Positions 48,923 to 59,457 of a stretch of 64,000 nt of DNA are shown here, one piece after another. The stretch's first letter is position 1. Every line of letters starts with the position of its first letter. The position numbers and the translations under genes are program-made. The notes beneath the pieces were generated by a model. That model worked only from the letters and a program-made list of their open reading frames with translations, was not told where the DNA came from and made no database searches. This stretch comes from a virus. The stretch spans positions 36,285 through 100,284 of the IMG/VR virus record IMGVR_UViG_3300035670_000083, one strand, 5' to 3'.

Positions 48923-49878
48923 AATAAAATATCTCTGAATTTACCTATTAGTGTCATTCCTAAGATCAAAGGATCTGTTTGTGAGTCTAATTTATCTCTA
49001 AGATCTGAGATAACATAATTACATTTGAATAGAGAATTGACATTTTTATTTTCTTTCAATGACCAATCAATGAATGTTTTACCTAAAATATTAAAAAGTA
49101 AATCTATTTTTTCAGCACCATAAGCTGACATTAAAAAATGATATATTTTTTCATAGCTGGCTGTTTTGTCATAAATAAGATTGTAAGTATCTAATATTAG
49201 TTTATTATTTATATTAGATGTCGTGTTGGACATTTCACCTGTTTCTTTGATATTTTGTAATTCTACAAAAATAGATCTGATGTCTGGAAATTGTTTATTT
49301 ATAAGTGAAACTAAAACTTCTTTGGTAATTGGGATATTTTCTTGTTCTGAGATTTCCATAATTCTTTTGTAAGTTCCAGTTTTTACAAATTTCTCTTCTT
49401 CACTATTCAAACAATCAAAGTTTATTGAAGTGAATCGCGATTTTATCCCATCTGATATTTTATTGAAGTGGTTTGTAGTTAAGATGAATCTCACATTATG
49501 GTGATATTTTTCTATGAATGCTTTAAGTGCGTCTTGATATTGTGGTGAAACTCTTTCAAACTCATCTAAGAAAACATATTTTATCGGATCTTCTGATTCG
49601 AACATAGGAACGGTTTTACAGAATTTCTCAATTTCACTTCTTAAAACATCGATAGATGTATAAAGAGATGAGTTTATTTCCAAGAAAGATTTATCTTTTG
49701 TGTATTTTCCGATAAGAATTCTCGCCAGTGAAGTTTTACCTGTTCCATAATTACCATAGAATATAAAATTCTTAGTAACTCCATTATTAAAATGGTTTTT
49801 AATTCTTAGAGGTAATATAGTTTCTTCTAAATTTTTTGGTCTCCATTTTTCCCAAAGTAAAAGATTATTTATTGACAT
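48919..49878 (-). CDS. sliding-clamp loader ATPase (T4 gp44/RFC-like)
   Basis: LWEKWRP, GNYGTGKT, FLDE, SRF, FPDIR. Confidence 0.9.
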   Translation of the reverse strand: MSINNLLLWEKWRPKNLEETILPLRIKNHFNNGVTKNFIFYGNYGTGKTSLARILIGKYTKDKSFLEINSSLYTSIDVLRSEIEKFCKTVPMFESEDPIKYVFLDEFERVSPQYQDALKAFIEKYHHNVRFILTTNHFNKISDGIKSRFTSINFDCLNSEEEKFVKTGTYKRIMEISEQENIPITKEVLVSLINKQFPDIRSIFVELQNIKETGEMSNTTSNINNKLILDTYNLIYDKTASYEKIYHFLMSAYGAEKIDLLFNILGKTFIDWSLKENKNVNSLFKCNYVISDLRDKLDSQTDPLILGMTLIGKFRDILL

Positions 49879-49938
49879 AAAGAGAAGTTTAATTATTTAT
49901 ATATACTTTATTAAAAAAAAGTGGATTGTTTATTATAA

Positions 49939-50691
49939 ATGGCTAAAATTGGAGAAAGTTTTAATTATGATGATTCTTATTTCAGAGATTTAACAATCTG
50001 TGTTTTAGATACCTTAGAAGGAAGAGTAAAATGGACAAATAAATTTACATCTGGTGATGTTGAAGTTGATGTTCCTTTTTATTATTCATTAACTGGTGAT
50101 GAAAGATTCTTGTTGGATTCTTTTCAAGATGATATCGTATCCAACAATAGGTTTGTTGAATTGAATACGGACATCATTCCAAGAGGGCATATCACTTTGA
50201 CTAATTGGCAAATAAGATCTGATGAATTTAGAAATCCTAATATTTGGTTAAGAAATGTGGTTGAGAATGATCAAGAGGTTAAAAGAGTTTTGAATAAGGT
50301 AAGAGCTATTCCGATAACTGCCACTTATGAATTGACGATACTTTTAAAAACAGAGATAGATGTTTTTAAATGTTCTCAATCCATTATGAATACACTTTGG
50401 TTGTATAAGTATATGTATTTTGAGCATAATTACATGCATATAGATGCTATAATGTTACAACCTGATAACAATCAAATTGAAATCGTAAGAGAGAAAAACT
50501 TGTCAAGTGACAATACTATCAAATTAACCGCTACTATTGAGGTTCAAAGTTATTATCCTGCTTTTGTTACGGATCAGGAAATAAAGCCTTTCAGAACTCG
50601 ATGGTTCAACAATATTATCTCACTCAGAACAGGAAGTCCTAGACCGGGGAATCCTAACGCTGGTTTAGATAACTTAAATAAAAATGACTAA
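49939..50691 (+). CDS. tail terminator/sheath-stabiliser-like protein (gp15-like)
   Basis: VPFYY, IPRGHI, AIP..A.YEL pattern; structural context. Confidence 0.5.
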   Translation: MAKIGESFNYDDSYFRDLTICVLDTLEGRVKWTNKFTSGDVEVDVPFYYSLTGDERFLLDSFQDDIVSNNRFVELNTDIIPRGHITLTNWQIRSDEFRNPNIWLRNVVENDQEVKRVLNKVRAIPITATYELTILLKTEIDVFKCSQSIMNTLWLYKYMYFEHNYMHIDAIMLQPDNNQIEIVREKNLSSDNTIKLTATIEVQSYYPAFVTDQEIKPFRTRWFNNIISLRTGSPRPGNPNAGLDNLNKND

Positions 50692-50758
50692 CTAAAAATT
50701 GAAAAAATTGACTTTTTTAATGTAATATATAGTTATAAGAAAAAATAATATTTTTAAT

Positions 50759-52039
50759 ATGAAGAATCTAAAACTTGAACTTTTCAACTTCAAAAAGTCT
50801 TTGAATTATGAACAAGAAGACGTAGAAAGAGTGATTGAAGGACACTTAAATAACTTTGTTGAGTTTGGTGAAAAACACATGATCCAATCTTTGAACGAGA
50901 AATTAAAACCTTATACTTATGATAAGGACGTAAAAACATTTCTAGAATCATTGAATGATGACATAGCTCAGTATGAATTGGTTTATGAGCTTAAAAGCTT
51001 ATATAATGTATTGAACTCCAAGAATCAAGGAGAACTTTACAGACAACCTATAAATGTTTTATTACAAACAATTAATCTTGAAACTGATCAAGATAGAATG
51101 TCAAAAATCTTAAATGAATTGGCAGTTTATGATTGGGTTCCAGAAGTAAAATTGTTTGTTCATAATTTAACAAAATCACCAGAGAAAAGAAATAATCTTT
51201 TAAGTGGTGGTAAAGCAGAATCTGTTTATACTATTGTAGAGCAAGTTGAAGATGGACATTTGGCTTTTATTAAGGATTCTTGGTTCCTATTATCTGATAA
51301 TGAAATTGAAAAAACTCTTTTAGAAAATCATGTTAAGGATGAATCTAGATTAAGAACTATGAGAAATTTACAAACAGCTCTTCAATTCTGTGAAGTTTCA
51401 GAAAGCAGAGTTGATTTTAGAATCTCTGAGTATCTTACAGTTGGTTTAGGTGTTTCAAATAAAAGTATTTATATCAATGAAGATGAATTGAATGAGGAAT
51501 CTACTTTAGAAAGTATTTTCTCTTCTCCTATTGTTCCTATTGTTAATAAGAATTTCTATCCTTTGATTCAAGAGGTTTCGAGTAATATCGATTCTTTTGT
51601 AGAATTAGATGTTGTTAAAAGAGTTTCTAATTTAGTTAATCCTACTTTGGAGGTTTTTGCTTTCAATTTCAAAGATAATCTTTATGTTTACAGATGTGAT
51701 GAAAGATATGGTTATTCATTCTTTAAATATGAATCAGCTTTAGAGTTGGTTAACGAGGTGAGAAATGAATTGAACTTTGATTTAGGTTATTTCTATGAGA
51801 ATAAGTTAGATTCTGAATTAGTTGCAAAAAGAAAACTTGAAGATAAAGAAAGACAAATTGAGTTGAAATTAGAAGATGTTAACTTCAATATTTCTAAGAT
51901 TAAAGCTTCTATCCAAATGATTGGAGAAACAAAAGTTTTAAATGAGGCTCTTTCTAACTTGGAAAAAAGATCAGAAAACCTTCAATCAGAATTACAAGCT
52001 GTTAAAGAGCTTCAGTACAATGAGAGAATTAAACTTTAA
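50759..52039 (+). CDS. hypothetical late protein, C-terminal coiled coil
   Basis: 426 aa with extended late promoter upstream. Confidence 0.7.
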   Translation: MKNLKLELFNFKKSLNYEQEDVERVIEGHLNNFVEFGEKHMIQSLNEKLKPYTYDKDVKTFLESLNDDIAQYELVYELKSLYNVLNSKNQGELYRQPINVLLQTINLETDQDRMSKILNELAVYDWVPEVKLFVHNLTKSPEKRNNLLSGGKAESVYTIVEQVEDGHLAFIKDSWFLLSDNEIEKTLLENHVKDESRLRTMRNLQTALQFCEVSESRVDFRISEYLTVGLGVSNKSIYINEDELNEESTLESIFSSPIVPIVNKNFYPLIQEVSSNIDSFVELDVVKRVSNLVNPTLEVFAFNFKDNLYVYRCDERYGYSFFKYESALELVNEVRNELNFDLGYFYENKLDSELVAKRKLEDKERQIELKLEDVNFNISKIKASIQMIGETKVLNEALSNLEKRSENLQSELQAVKELQYNERIKL

Positions 52040-52061
52040 GTTTTAGTTTATATTTTTTTTT

Positions 52062-52100
52062 AACACCACATTTTTTTTTAAGTGTGGTGTTTTTTTTTTT
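52062..52100 (+). terminator. intrinsic terminator
   Basis: AACACCACA...TGTGGTGTT plus T run. Confidence 0.7.
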
Positions 52101-52158
52101 AAACTTTTTAAAAAAAGTTTTGTATAACATGAAACCTTCAAAAAATTATCAAATATGA

Positions 52159-52524
52159 ATGTATTTAAATAACAAAGACCTCTACGTGGAAATAATCGTT
52201 TCAAAAGCACAAGGAAAATTAACAAGAAAAGCAGAAAGAATGTTAGAAATTCTTGGAAAAGAAACAATAAAAAAAATGAGATATTGGTCTTATGATGATA
52301 AGATGGATTGTTTCCAGTCAGGACTTTTAGATATGTACCAAAATTGGTATAATTTTAACGAACAAAAATCAGTAAACGCTTTCGCTTATTTTACTGAGAT
52401 ATTTAAAAGGGGATTAGCTAAAGGATACAACGAGCTTTACAAAAAGAAAGGGGATGCTGACCATCAGATAAAGTTAGTTTCATTAGAATCATCAAATGAT
52501 GGACAAGGATTACATTCACTTTAA
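52159..52524 (+). CDS. late-transcription sigma factor (T4 gp55-like)
   Basis: YLNNKDL...NFNEQKSVNAFAYFTEI. Confidence 0.75.
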   Translation: MYLNNKDLYVEIIVSKAQGKLTRKAERMLEILGKETIKKMRYWSYDDKMDCFQSGLLDMYQNWYNFNEQKSVNAFAYFTEIFKRGLAKGYNELYKKKGDADHQIKLVSLESSNDGQGLHSL

Positions 52525-52566
52525 ACTAATCAATTTCTAATCTATATAAATAGAAAATTTAAATTG

Positions 52567-53607
52567 ATGAGTAAAGTTGCACTAATCACAGGTATCACCG
52601 GTCAGGATGGTAGTTATTTGGCTGAACTTTTATTATCCAAAGGATATATAGTTCACGGAATTAAAAGAAGGAGTTCTTCTTTGAATACTGAGAGGATTGA
52701 TAGTATATATGAAAAAACTAAAGATTCTAACAACTTTTTTTTACATTATGGTGACTTAACAGATTCTACAAATTTAATTAGAATCATTCAAGAAGTACAA
52801 CCAGATGAGATTTATAATTTAGCTGCTCAATCACACGTTAAAGTTTCTTTTGAGACTCCAGAATATACGGCAAATTCTGATGCTTTAGGAACTCTAAGAA
52901 TATTAGAGGCAATTAGAATCTTGAAGCTTGAGAAAAAGACTAAATTCTATCAGGCTTCAACATCAGAAATGTTTGGTAAAGTGCAAGAAGTTCCACAGAA
53001 AGAAACAACTCCTTTTTATCCAAGAAGTCCTTATGGAGTTGCTAAATTATATGCACATTGGATTACTATAAATTATAGAGAATCTTATGGAATTTTTGCT
53101 TGCTCTGGAATACTTTTTAATCACGAAAGTCCAGTCAGAGGAGAAACATTTGTTACGAGAAAAATAACACAAGCAGTTGTTAAAATAAGTTTAGGTTTAC
53201 AAGATAAACTAAAGTTAGGTAATTTAGATTCTGAGCGTGATTGGGGTCATGCAAAAGATTATGTTGAGGGTATGTGGTTAATGTTACAACAGGATAAACC
53301 TGATGATTATGTTTTATCTACTGGTATAAAAATTTCAGTAAGAGATTTTGTAGAGATGTCTTTTAAGCAAGTAGGTATCAATATAGAATGGGTAGGTGAT
53401 GGTATTGATGAGGTTGGAATTTGTTCTGAAACAAAAAAAGTATTAGTTGAAGTCGATCCAAAATATTTTAGACCCACTGAGGTAGATGAACTTTTGGGTG
53501 ATTCTACAAAAGCAAGAAAAGTATTGGGATGGTCTCCTAAATATTCAGTAGAGGATTTATGTAAAGAAATGATAGACTCAGATTTAAAAAAGATTAAAAA
53601 TGGATAA
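52567..53607 (+). CDS. gmd: GDP-mannose 4,6-dehydratase
   Basis: [36 protein letters not shown]. Confidence 0.97.
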   Translation: MSKVALITGITGQDGSYLAELLLSKGYIVHGIKRRSSSLNTERIDSIYEKTKDSNNFFLHYGDLTDSTNLIRIIQEVQPDEIYNLAAQSHVKVSFETPEYTANSDALGTLRILEAIRILKLEKKTKFYQASTSEMFGKVQEVPQKETTPFYPRSPYGVAKLYAHWITINYRESYGIFACSGILFNHESPVRGETFVTRKITQAVVKISLGLQDKLKLGNLDSERDWGHAKDYVEGMWLMLQQDKPDDYVLSTGIKISVRDFVEMSFKQVGINIEWVGDGIDEVGICSETKKVLVEVDPKYFRPTEVDELLGDSTKARKVLGWSPKYSVEDLCKEMIDSDLKKIKNG

Positions 53608-54532
53608 CTTATCAAAAATTTATGTTGCTGGTCACAATGGGATGGTGGGTTCAGCAATAGTTAGAAAATTAGAATCAGAAGGATTTAGTGAAATTTTAAA
53701 ACAAACTTCTAAAGAATTAGATTTAACAAATCAAAAAGAAGTAGATTGTTGGTTTTCTGTTTATAAACCTGACTATGTTTTTTTGGCAGCCGCTAAGGTA
53801 GGTGGAATACTAGCAAATAATGATTTTAAAGCAGACTTTATTTATCAGAATCTACAGATTCAAAATAATGTCATTCATTCTTCTTATAAATATGGTGTCA
53901 AAAAGCTTTTATTTTTAGGTTCATCTTGTATTTATCCTAAATTATCTAATCAACCGATAAAGGAAGATTATCTATTAACTGGTGAGTTAGAAGAAACTAA
54001 TGATGCTTATGCGATTGCAAAGATTGCTGGAATCAAAATGTGTCAATCATATAATAATCAATATGGTACTAACTTTATATCTGTAATGCCTACAAATCTA
54101 TTTGGTAAGAATGACAATTATGATTTAAATTCCTCTCACGTACTTCCGGCTTTGATTCGTAAGATACATGAAGCTAAAATGAATGAATCTAAAACTGTAG
54201 ATATTTGGGGAACTGGTTTACCAAGAAGAGAATTTCTTTATGTTGATGAATTAGCTGATGCTTGTTTCTTTCTTATGAATAATTACAATGATTCTGAAAT
54301 TATAAACATTGGTGTAGGTGAAGATATTTCTATCAAGGAACTTGCTTATCTTATATCTGATATTATCGGTTATGATGGTGACTTTTATTTTAACTCAGAA
54401 AAACCGGATGGAACGCCAAGAAAACTATTAGATGTTACAAAATTGAATAATCTTGGTTGGAAATCTAAACTTTCATTGAAAGAATCGATAAAATTGACAT
54501 ATAATCACTTTTTAAAAGATTTCAATGAATAA
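53600..54532 (+). CDS. fcl: GDP-L-fucose synthase
   Basis: [37 protein letters not shown]. Confidence 0.95.
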   Translation: MDNLSKIYVAGHNGMVGSAIVRKLESEGFSEILKQTSKELDLTNQKEVDCWFSVYKPDYVFLAAAKVGGILANNDFKADFIYQNLQIQNNVIHSSYKYGVKKLLFLGSSCIYPKLSNQPIKEDYLLTGELEETNDAYAIAKIAGIKMCQSYNNQYGTNFISVMPTNLFGKNDNYDLNSSHVLPALIRKIHEAKMNESKTVDIWGTGLPRREFLYVDELADACFFLMNNYNDSEIINIGVGEDISIKELAYLISDIIGYDGDFYFNSEKPDGTPRKLLDVTKLNNLGWKSKLSLKESIKLTYNHFLKDFNE

Positions 54533-54833
54533 ATGTTATTTACAAAGATGGGAAGAATCTGAAAGAGGATGGGGTGTCCGTCCGGATGGAGCTTCAATTC
54601 ATATCAATATGAAATATTATAAATCTTATGTAGATTCTATCTATGAGAGTAGAGACTCTAAAAATATTCCTGATGAATATGAAAGGGTATCTGGTCCTGT
54701 ATTAGAGGTTTATATTGAGGATGGTTTATATCATAAATTAGTAGATAAGAAGAATATAAGATTGGGTGAACATCAACTAAACAATTTGATAAATTTAGAA
54801 GAAATGATTTTAGATAAGTCCGAATTTCTTTAA
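54525..54833 (+). CDS. hypothetical protein
   Basis: [14 protein letters not shown] motif. Confidence 0.7.
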   Translation: MNKCYLQRWEESERGWGVRPDGASIHINMKYYKSYVDSIYESRDSKNIPDEYERVSGPVLEVYIEDGLYHKLVDKKNIRLGEHQLNNLINLEEMILDKSEFL

Positions 54834-55346
54834 AACTTCTTCTGTTATAACAACAAATTCCCAACCCTTTTTATCACAGAATTTTATCATGGTTTCCCAT
54901 TTTTTCATATTTTTGTGAGCCATTTTAACATCGTATTCTATATTTTTTAGTTTCTTTACAGTAGCATTGTCAGGAACACTTAGTTTCTTTTCTTGTATGG
55001 CTTTTACCATGTTGAATTCTTTTTGAGGCTTTACCTCAGCAACCACTTTTTTAGTTAATTCAGAGCCAGTATCTAACTCATAATAGAAGTCTGGATAGTA
55101 AGTATGTGATTTTAGATTTATGTCTCCACCTTTTTCATAATGGGTTAATTGATATGGTATTGATATACATTCTGCTCCCCATTTCTTAATCTTAGGATTG
55201 TTATCCAACCAAACCATGAATTTTAATTCCCAAGAAGATCTATAATAGATACCACCTTGAGAATTTAGTTTTATTACTTTATCCTTGTATTTAGGAATAT
55301 AATTACCATTGTGATAATTTGAATTACTTGGTTTAGAGTTCAACAT
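54810..55346 (-). CDS. head completion nuclease (T4 gp4-like, TnsA fold)
   Basis: YRSSWE..FM.WLD, YYPDF, EVKP, KW....C. Confidence 0.85.
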   Translation of the reverse strand: MLNSKPSNSNYHNGNYIPKYKDKVIKLNSQGGIYYRSSWELKFMVWLDNNPKIKKWGAECISIPYQLTHYEKGGDINLKSHTYYPDFYYELDTGSELTKKVVAEVKPQKEFNMVKAIQEKKLSVPDNATVKKLKNIEYDVKMAHKNMKKWETMIKFCDKKGWEFVVITEEVLKKFGLI

Positions 55347-55361
55347 ATAATATATATTAAT

Positions 55362-56057
55362 ATGGGAGCTCTTGAAGAAAAACGAAAACTAAGTCAAATA
55401 GTTCATGGAAGAGATTTGGTAGATTACTATAAGAATAATACAAATTTCATGTATTTCAAGTATGCTGAATCTGATTCAGATTGTGAATCTATAAATAAGG
55501 TTGATATAAGAACTGGTGGTTTCTACTTCTTACATTATTTAGATGACTCTAATTGGATGAAATATTCTCCTATTTTTTGTTGTGATTGGAGAAAGTTTGG
55601 AAATATGATAGTGATACTTGGTGTCAATTTTAATTTCATTCCTTTAGAGTTAAGAACAAGAATATTCGATAAATTCATAAAAGAAGAAGATTTTGAAAAA
55701 AACTCATTTTTAGAGGTTGATTTCAAAGGAATGTACACTGAATTGTTAAAATATGGATTTGAGTATTCAATACAAGAATATAATGTTGCTCAAATAAAAT
55801 TGGTTCATAGAATCAGTTTAGAACTTTTACCAAGGTTTCTTAATTCATCACATCCTAAAAATACTTATGATCCAGTAAAGTTGATGGAAATATGGGAAAC
55901 AAAACTATCAACAAAAGAACAAAGGCATAAAGAAATCATTTCGTCTGTTTTAAAAGACTTTTATGATGTCAATAAAGATATATCAGAAGGTTATAAAGAG
56001 TTGGGTGATCATATCTCAAGGTTAAGAAAGTCATATCAGAAATATGGTAAGCCATAA
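55362..56057 (+). CDS. possible DNA end protector (T4 gp2-like)
   Basis: PIF...GVNFNFIPLELR resembles gp2 GLNLHYLP; adjacent to gp4-like gene. Confidence 0.5.
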   Translation: MGALEEKRKLSQIVHGRDLVDYYKNNTNFMYFKYAESDSDCESINKVDIRTGGFYFLHYLDDSNWMKYSPIFCCDWRKFGNMIVILGVNFNFIPLELRTRIFDKFIKEEDFEKNSFLEVDFKGMYTELLKYGFEYSIQEYNVAQIKLVHRISLELLPRFLNSSHPKNTYDPVKLMEIWETKLSTKEQRHKEIISSVLKDFYDVNKDISEGYKELGDHISRLRKSYQKYGKP

Positions 56058-56090
56058 TAATATATAGTTTATAAAAATTAATTAAAAATC

Positions 56091-56306
56091 ATGAATCATA
56101 TTAAAAAATTTACAGAAAATCTTGAAACAGAAGTTCAAAACTCAGAAGATAGAAAACAAAGAAAAAATTCTGATCCTGTTTCAGACAGAAAAGAAGTTGT
56201 ACAATCCGTTATAGATTGTTTAGTAAAAGATCAAAACAATCATCCAGGGTATCAATCTTTCAGAGAAGAATTAGAAGATTTTTTAAGCACATTTCCAAAA
56301 GAGTGA
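56091..56306 (+). CDS. small protein with capsid-targeting-like N-terminus
   Basis: MNHIKKFTENLE. Confidence 0.7.
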   Translation: MNHIKKFTENLETEVQNSEDRKQRKNSDPVSDRKEVVQSVIDCLVKDQNNHPGYQSFREELEDFLSTFPKE

Positions 56307-56352
56307 GGGGAAGTGGATTTTTTATATATACTCTTAAAATTTAACACATTTA

Positions 56353-58065
56353 ATGGCATCATATAATCCGGCAAATAACGCAAATCAATTTCAATATAAT
56401 ATAAACTCTGCAGTTGAGAATAGAGGACTTTTTTCAAGAATTCTTAGAAACCTATCATCTTGGAGTATGAATTATGATGATATGATAATGAGAAATCAAG
56501 TTGGTGTTGGTATTAATGAAGATCCTTATTCACAACAAGGTGATTCTATGTATGATTTCTTTTCAAAAAGAGCTGTTGCTTCTATTTTAAATAAGAAATC
56601 TATTCCTTATTTAGATAGAGCCTACGCTGATAAAAGAAGAATTCTAAGAGAATATTCTATAAAAGATGAGATAAGGGATTTTATATCTACGGTGTGTGAT
56701 GAGGCTATTATTTATTCAGATAAAGACTTTTGTAATCCGAAAGCTCTTTCGAATGATTATTCACAGGATATAAAAGACAAATACCAAGAATATTTTGAAA
56801 AGATTTATAATAGATATGGTTTTGCTGATTCTGTTTCGGCGTGGCAAATGATGAAAGATTTTTTAATTGATGGTTATGTTGCTATGGAAATTGTTTGGGA
56901 CGATAAAAAGAAAAACATAATTGCTTTCAATAGACTAAGACCAGAAACAATAACTCCTGCTTACGAGCCTTCAATTGGGATGTTATGGATTCAATATCCA
57001 GAAGATCCACAACTAAGAAGAATATTCTTGGACTCACAAATAGTTTTTATTTCTTATTCCTCACAGAATGATTATTCAGAGACTTCATATGTAGAGGGTT
57101 TGATAAAACCTTATAATCAAGTAAAGATTCTAGAACAAACAAAAATAATGTTCAATATAATCAATGCTACTATTTATCAGAAATTTACTATTCCTATTAA
57201 AGGATTGGGTCGTCAAAGAGCAGAGGAACAAATTGGTCAATTGATACAAGATTATTCTGAAGAAGTAGAATGGGATGATTCTATGGGTACTTTAAGAATA
57301 AATGGACAAAAACACCTTCCTTATAATAAACAATTTTGGTTTCCAGAAGGAGAGGGTGGAACCCCTCAAATGGAACTTATGTCACCACAAGGGCATAATT
57401 TAAATGAGGATGATATGTTAAAATGGTTTTTCAATATTCTAAAAAGAGCTTCTAAGATACCAGCACAAAGATTTCAGTCCGAAGAAAATGGAGGTGGAAG
57501 TGTTTTTGCAGATGCTGCTGAAATAACTAGAGATGAAGCCAAATTTGGTAATTTTGTTCAGAGATTAAGAGCTAACTTCAGAGAGTTGATTGTAAAACCA
57601 TTAAGACTTCAGATGTTAGTTGAATTTCCTGAGTTAAAGGAAGATGAAAGATTTTTGAATGAGGTTGATATAAAATTCTTATCAAATCAATTGTTTGAAG
57701 AGTGGAAAAAACTAGGTAATCTTTCTAAGAAAGCTGAAATACTTTCTCAATTAACTGCTGTTCAAAAATCTGATGGTGAGCCTTATTTCCACATAGAATA
57801 TTTGATTGATACTGTTTTACAATTATCACCAGAAGAAAAAGAAGAAAATATGAAGTATTGGATGAAAGATGGTAAAGGAGCTGGTGCTGGTCCAGAAGGC
57901 GGTGAAGGTGGTGAAGGTGGTGAAGGTGGTGAAGGTGGTGAGTTCGGTGAAGCTGGAGGAGAAGCTGGAGGAGAAGCTGGAGGAGAAGCTGGGGGTGAAG
58001 AACCAGGAGGTGAAGAAGCTGGTGGAGAAGCTGGTGGAGCTGAAGGTGGAGAATTTGAATTCTAA
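56353..58065 (+). CDS. portal protein (T4 gp20-like)
   Basis: FLIDG, IKPYNQ..LE, FWFPEGEGG, ASKIP, EITRDE.KF; Gly/Glu-rich tail. Confidence 0.92.
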   Translation: MASYNPANNANQFQYNINSAVENRGLFSRILRNLSSWSMNYDDMIMRNQVGVGINEDPYSQQGDSMYDFFSKRAVASILNKKSIPYLDRAYADKRRILREYSIKDEIRDFISTVCDEAIIYSDKDFCNPKALSNDYSQDIKDKYQEYFEKIYNRYGFADSVSAWQMMKDFLIDGYVAMEIVWDDKKKNIIAFNRLRPETITPAYEPSIGMLWIQYPEDPQLRRIFLDSQIVFISYSSQNDYSETSYVEGLIKPYNQVKILEQTKIMFNIINATIYQKFTIPIKGLGRQRAEEQIGQLIQDYSEEVEWDDSMGTLRINGQKHLPYNKQFWFPEGEGGTPQMELMSPQGHNLNEDDMLKWFFNILKRASKIPAQRFQSEENGGGSVFADAAEITRDEAKFGNFVQRLRANFRELIVKPLRLQMLVEFPELKEDERFLNEVDIKFLSNQLFEEWKKLGNLSKKAEILSQLTAVQKSDGEPYFHIEYLIDTVLQLSPEEKEENMKYWMKDGKGAGAGPEGGEGGEGGEGGEGGEFGEAGGEAGGEAGGEAGGEEPGGEEAGGEAGGAEGGEFEF

Positions 58066-58457
58066 GAAAGAAAAAACTTAATTACACTTGATTCTCTAAC
58101 AACTGGATATAACTTTAAATTATTTTTAATTTTGGAATAAGTTTCTCCTCCTTGTGTTGTTAAAAATCTAACATTTACTTTAATTTCTCTTATGATTGAA
58201 TCTTTATTTATTATGATTTGAATTGATTTTATTGCACCAATAGCATCTCTCAAAAGAATATCATCTTTAGAATTACTATCTATAAACATATGTTGAACAT
58301 CAGTTATGTTCAACATACAACTTTCATTCAATATTGAATGTAACTTTATATCTCTTAAAATATCTTTTTGAGGATTCATCCTTTTTATCAGATTTGTCCA
58401 ACTTTCAATTGATTTTAAATCTTCATTTAATTCTACTGAGTATGTAAATTCTTCCAT
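58062..58457 (-). CDS. hypothetical protein
   Basis: 131-aa ORF. Confidence 0.6.
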   Translation of the reverse strand: MEEFTYSVELNEDLKSIESWTNLIKRMNPQKDILRDIKLHSILNESCMLNITDVQHMFIDSNSKDDILLRDAIGAIKSIQIIINKDSIIREIKVNVRFLTTQGGETYSKIKNNLKLYPVVRESSVIKFFLS

Positions 58458-58458
58458 A

Positions 58459-58812
58459 CTATTTTTTTCTATCAGACAAGGTTTGTTTCATTTTTTTGAA
58501 AATTTCCTTATTCTGAATAGGATATTCAACACCGTATGAATCTTTTAAAGATTCTTTTCTTTTCTTTTCAGAACATTTTCTACAATAGTAATATCCCCAT
58601 TTATTATCATACTTTACATAATTCTTGAATATTACATCTTTAATTATACCACATCCATCACATTCACACTTTATTTTATGATGAGATCCTTTTGATAAGA
58701 GTTCTACCGGTATTTTAATTTCTTCTCCTATTACAACATCATATCCTAAATCATCAAAATATTGAAAATTTGAAGTATTTACTTTAATTGTTATTTCTCT
58801 GGTAAGAATCAT
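58459..58812 (-). CDS. N-terminal fragment of Hef-like endonuclease family
   Basis: MILTRE..LGYD..CECDGC..CRKC..YGVEYP parallels the start of 29759..31420. Confidence 0.6.
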   Translation of the reverse strand: MILTREITIKVNTSNFQYFDDLGYDVVIGEEIKIPVELLSKGSHHKIKCECDGCGIIKDVIFKNYVKYDNKWGYYYCRKCSEKKRKESLKDSYGVEYPIQNKEIFKKMKQTLSDRKK

Positions 58813-58859
58813 AAAAAACCGTTAGAATTTAAAGTATATATTCTGATGTGGCATGTCTC

Positions 58860-59345
58860 CTAACAATTTTTGATGTAAAAAATCCAGTTCCCACTTTATT
58901 TTCCCGCAATCCCAGACTCTTGGTAAATTCAATTTAGATTCAGATATTCCTGTAACGGACTTTTTGAAATTTGATTTATGTATTCTTATGAAATCAACCA
59001 GATATTTATAATCTGGTTTGGTTTCATAAACTTTTCTAAATTAGTTTCCTTTATTTTATTTTGTATTTCTTTTGATTGTGATATAAACTCAACTCCGAAC
59101 TTTTCTAAGTTTGTTTTTTTGGTTTTTTCTTTTACTCCATCAAGTTGAAATACATTTTCTACTCCAAACTTTTCAAGGTTGTTTTTCTTTAACTTACATT
59201 TTCTACATAGGTATTCTCCATCAGAATAACCATAAGAAGTGTAAAGTTTAAACTTTACACTTTTTTCAATTCCACAGTCATCACATTTGACTGTTATTTC
59301 TTTTTTACTCCATTTCCCTAATCCTTCTATGTTACTAAGTATCAT
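58860..59345 (-). pseudogene. internally deleted Hef-like endonuclease
   Basis: N-terminal NLEKFGVE repeats joined out of frame to YETKPDYKYL...SVTGISES...VWDCGKIKW, matching the C-terminus of 29759..31420. Confidence 0.75.
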
Positions 59346-59457
59346 ATAAGTTATATATAATTTTACTTCAATTGTCTTTATTCCTATAAAAAATCCACCC
59401 TTTATTTTCTTTGGTTTTTTACAATCAATATATACTAAAAAATAAAGACAAAATTTC

